Positions 47,682-49,336 of a stretch of DNA of 49,336 nucleotides are shown here, piece by piece (the first letter of the stretch is position 1; each line of letters starts with the position of its first letter). Under the pieces are notes generated by a model, which saw only the letters and a list, made by a program, of their open reading frames with translations, did not search any database and was not told the origin of the DNA. Both the position numbers and the translations under genes were made by a program. Origin of the DNA: Catajapyx aquilonaris. Taxonomy: Eukaryota. The stretch lies in assembly GCA_000934665.2 (NCBI GenBank), contig KZ539149.1, forward strand, positions 1 through 49,336, given 5' to 3'.

Positions 47682-49334
47682 ATGGACAGGTAGATTCTCA
47701 GACGGTGGAGCCGTCTAGCGGCCGGAAAGTGCAGTTTTTACAGGAAAGAAGGGCGACTCGTGCTTGGCTCACACAGTGGGGTCGGAAGTCACAATAATGT
47801 TTCACTTCTGGCAGAGAAGATGCCATTTACTGTGCTGATACTACATCCCTTCCTGAACGTAAAAAGCCCCAGACCACAAGTTATAAGGCTCTAATTAGCC
47901 CGTAATTAATTCATCAAAATGGTGGTATTCAGGAAATATATATTGCGGAATTCCACTCTTATTTACAGCTATTTATCATGTATGACATGTTATTTTCACA
48001 CACGCTGTAGTGTAAAACTCCATCGAAATATTAAATAATTTTAAATGGTCATTTTATCATTATAACATTAAATAAGGCCGCCAAAAGTCGGAAAATAAAC
48101 TTTTCAGCTACATGGTCATGTTTGGTATGAAATCATGTGTTTTTGAGGCTGCAGAATTCAGTGGTGGCGCCGAAAATAGTACCAGACAATTCCAGAAGTA
48201 ATACAGTGAAACCTGTCTATAACAGACCCTGCTTATAGCGTAAACCTGTCCATCACGAAAAATTTTTAGGGTCTCGATTCTGCTATACACAGGTTTCATA
48301 GTAATAAACTCTTTGAAAAGATGTACCTATGTTTTCATTTTACACAGACTGTCAGACACTAGAAGTGGAATTAATTATACAGCAGCTAATGTGCATTTTA
48401 GAAAGATAAGATGTGTTTATAGTTTTAAAAAAATTAGTCCGAGCATCCCATCCGACCACTGGGTAATGCAATCAGAACCATTCGTATACATAATTTCTTG
48501 AACATCGACCTTCACATGGGCGTAACAGGGTAGCTACATTGAAAAAACAAGTTTTTCGCGAATTTACATAAAAAGCACCGTTTCTTGCAGTGTCCACTTG
48601 CGATCAGCTCTTCCGAGGTTTTCGCGACATCTGCAATGGTTGACCCTGGTATACCACAGCCGCAAATAGATTTTTTCCATCCCCAAGTATCTGGTGGTGG
48701 CTGTGTGTGGCTATGTAGAGCAGAATCGAGACCCTAAAAATTTTCCGTAAGGGACAAGTTTTCGCTACAAGTAGGGTCCGATATAGACAGGTTTCACTGT
48801 ATTACTTCTGGGATTGTCTGGTACTATTTTCGGTACCACCACTGAATTCTGCACCCTCAAAAACGTATGATTTCATACCAAACATGACCATGTAGGCATG
48901 TAGCTGAAAAGTTTATTATCCGACTTTTGGCGGCCACATTTAATGTTATAATGATTAAATGGCACTTTAAAATTATTTAATATTTCGATGGAGTTTTACA
49001 CTCCAACGTGTGTGAAAATAACATGACATACATGATAAATAGCTATGAATAAGAGCGGTATTCCGAAATATATTATTCTTAATGACCGCCATTTTGATGA
49101 ATTAATTACTGGCTAATTAGAGCCTAAACACTTGGGGTCTGGGGCTATAAACGTTCAGGAAGGGATGTAGTATCAGCACCGTAAATGGCATCTTCTCTGC
49201 CAGAAGCGAAACATTCTGCCACTATTTCGGACGTTCCGACCCTTCCGACCCCACTGGCCGCATACACAGTTTCCTGCCAGAACTTGCGCTTTAGACCGCC
49301 AATGGCGCCACCATCGAGAATCTACCTGTCCATG
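47682..49334. mobile_element. Large fold-back element with ~520-bp arms; the right end may run past the window
   Basis: 47682-48201 is an imperfect reverse complement of 48802-49334, e.g. ATGGACAGGTAGATTCTC / GAGAATCTACCTGTCCAT. Confidence 0.8.
48204..48799. mobile_element. Tigger-like MITE at the centre of the large fold-back
   Basis: TA-CAGTGAAACCTGTCTATA ... TATAGACAGGTTTCACTG-TA. Confidence 0.8.
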
Positions 49335-49336
49335 AC

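Overview
Eukaryotic genomic DNA from an invertebrate, most likely an arthropod judging by the proteins, with spliceosomal introns. Four protein-coding genes can be reconstructed by hand. (1) Coding exon 1 of a trithorax/KMT2A-like gene (- strand, 5754-5933); the rest probably lies left of the window. (2) A complete 5-exon TTC7 gene (+ strand, 9515-14143, about 836 aa), divergent from trx. (3) NSA2 (- strand, 18220-19011), with an intronless CDS, a probable 5'-UTR intron and a CTCF/ETS/NRF1-motif promoter near 21.8 kb. (4) The 3' part of a GRAMD1/Aster sterol-transport gene (- strand, 9 exons from 44043 to 27081 plus a candidate 33-nt microexon), ending in KEDL. Introns and intergenic DNA are packed with non-autonomous DNA transposons (Tc1/mariner-, Tigger/Tc2-, hAT-, piggyBac-, Kolobok- and Tc4/Tc5-like), tRNA-derived SINEs and two decayed transposase fragments, often nested. 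The most notable patterns are elements sitting at the exact symmetry centre of palindromes, and Tc4/Tc5-type elements with CTNAG targets. I found no convincing novel multi-gene system, CRISPR array or prokaryotic DNA. Family assignments rest on recalled motifs, not database searches.
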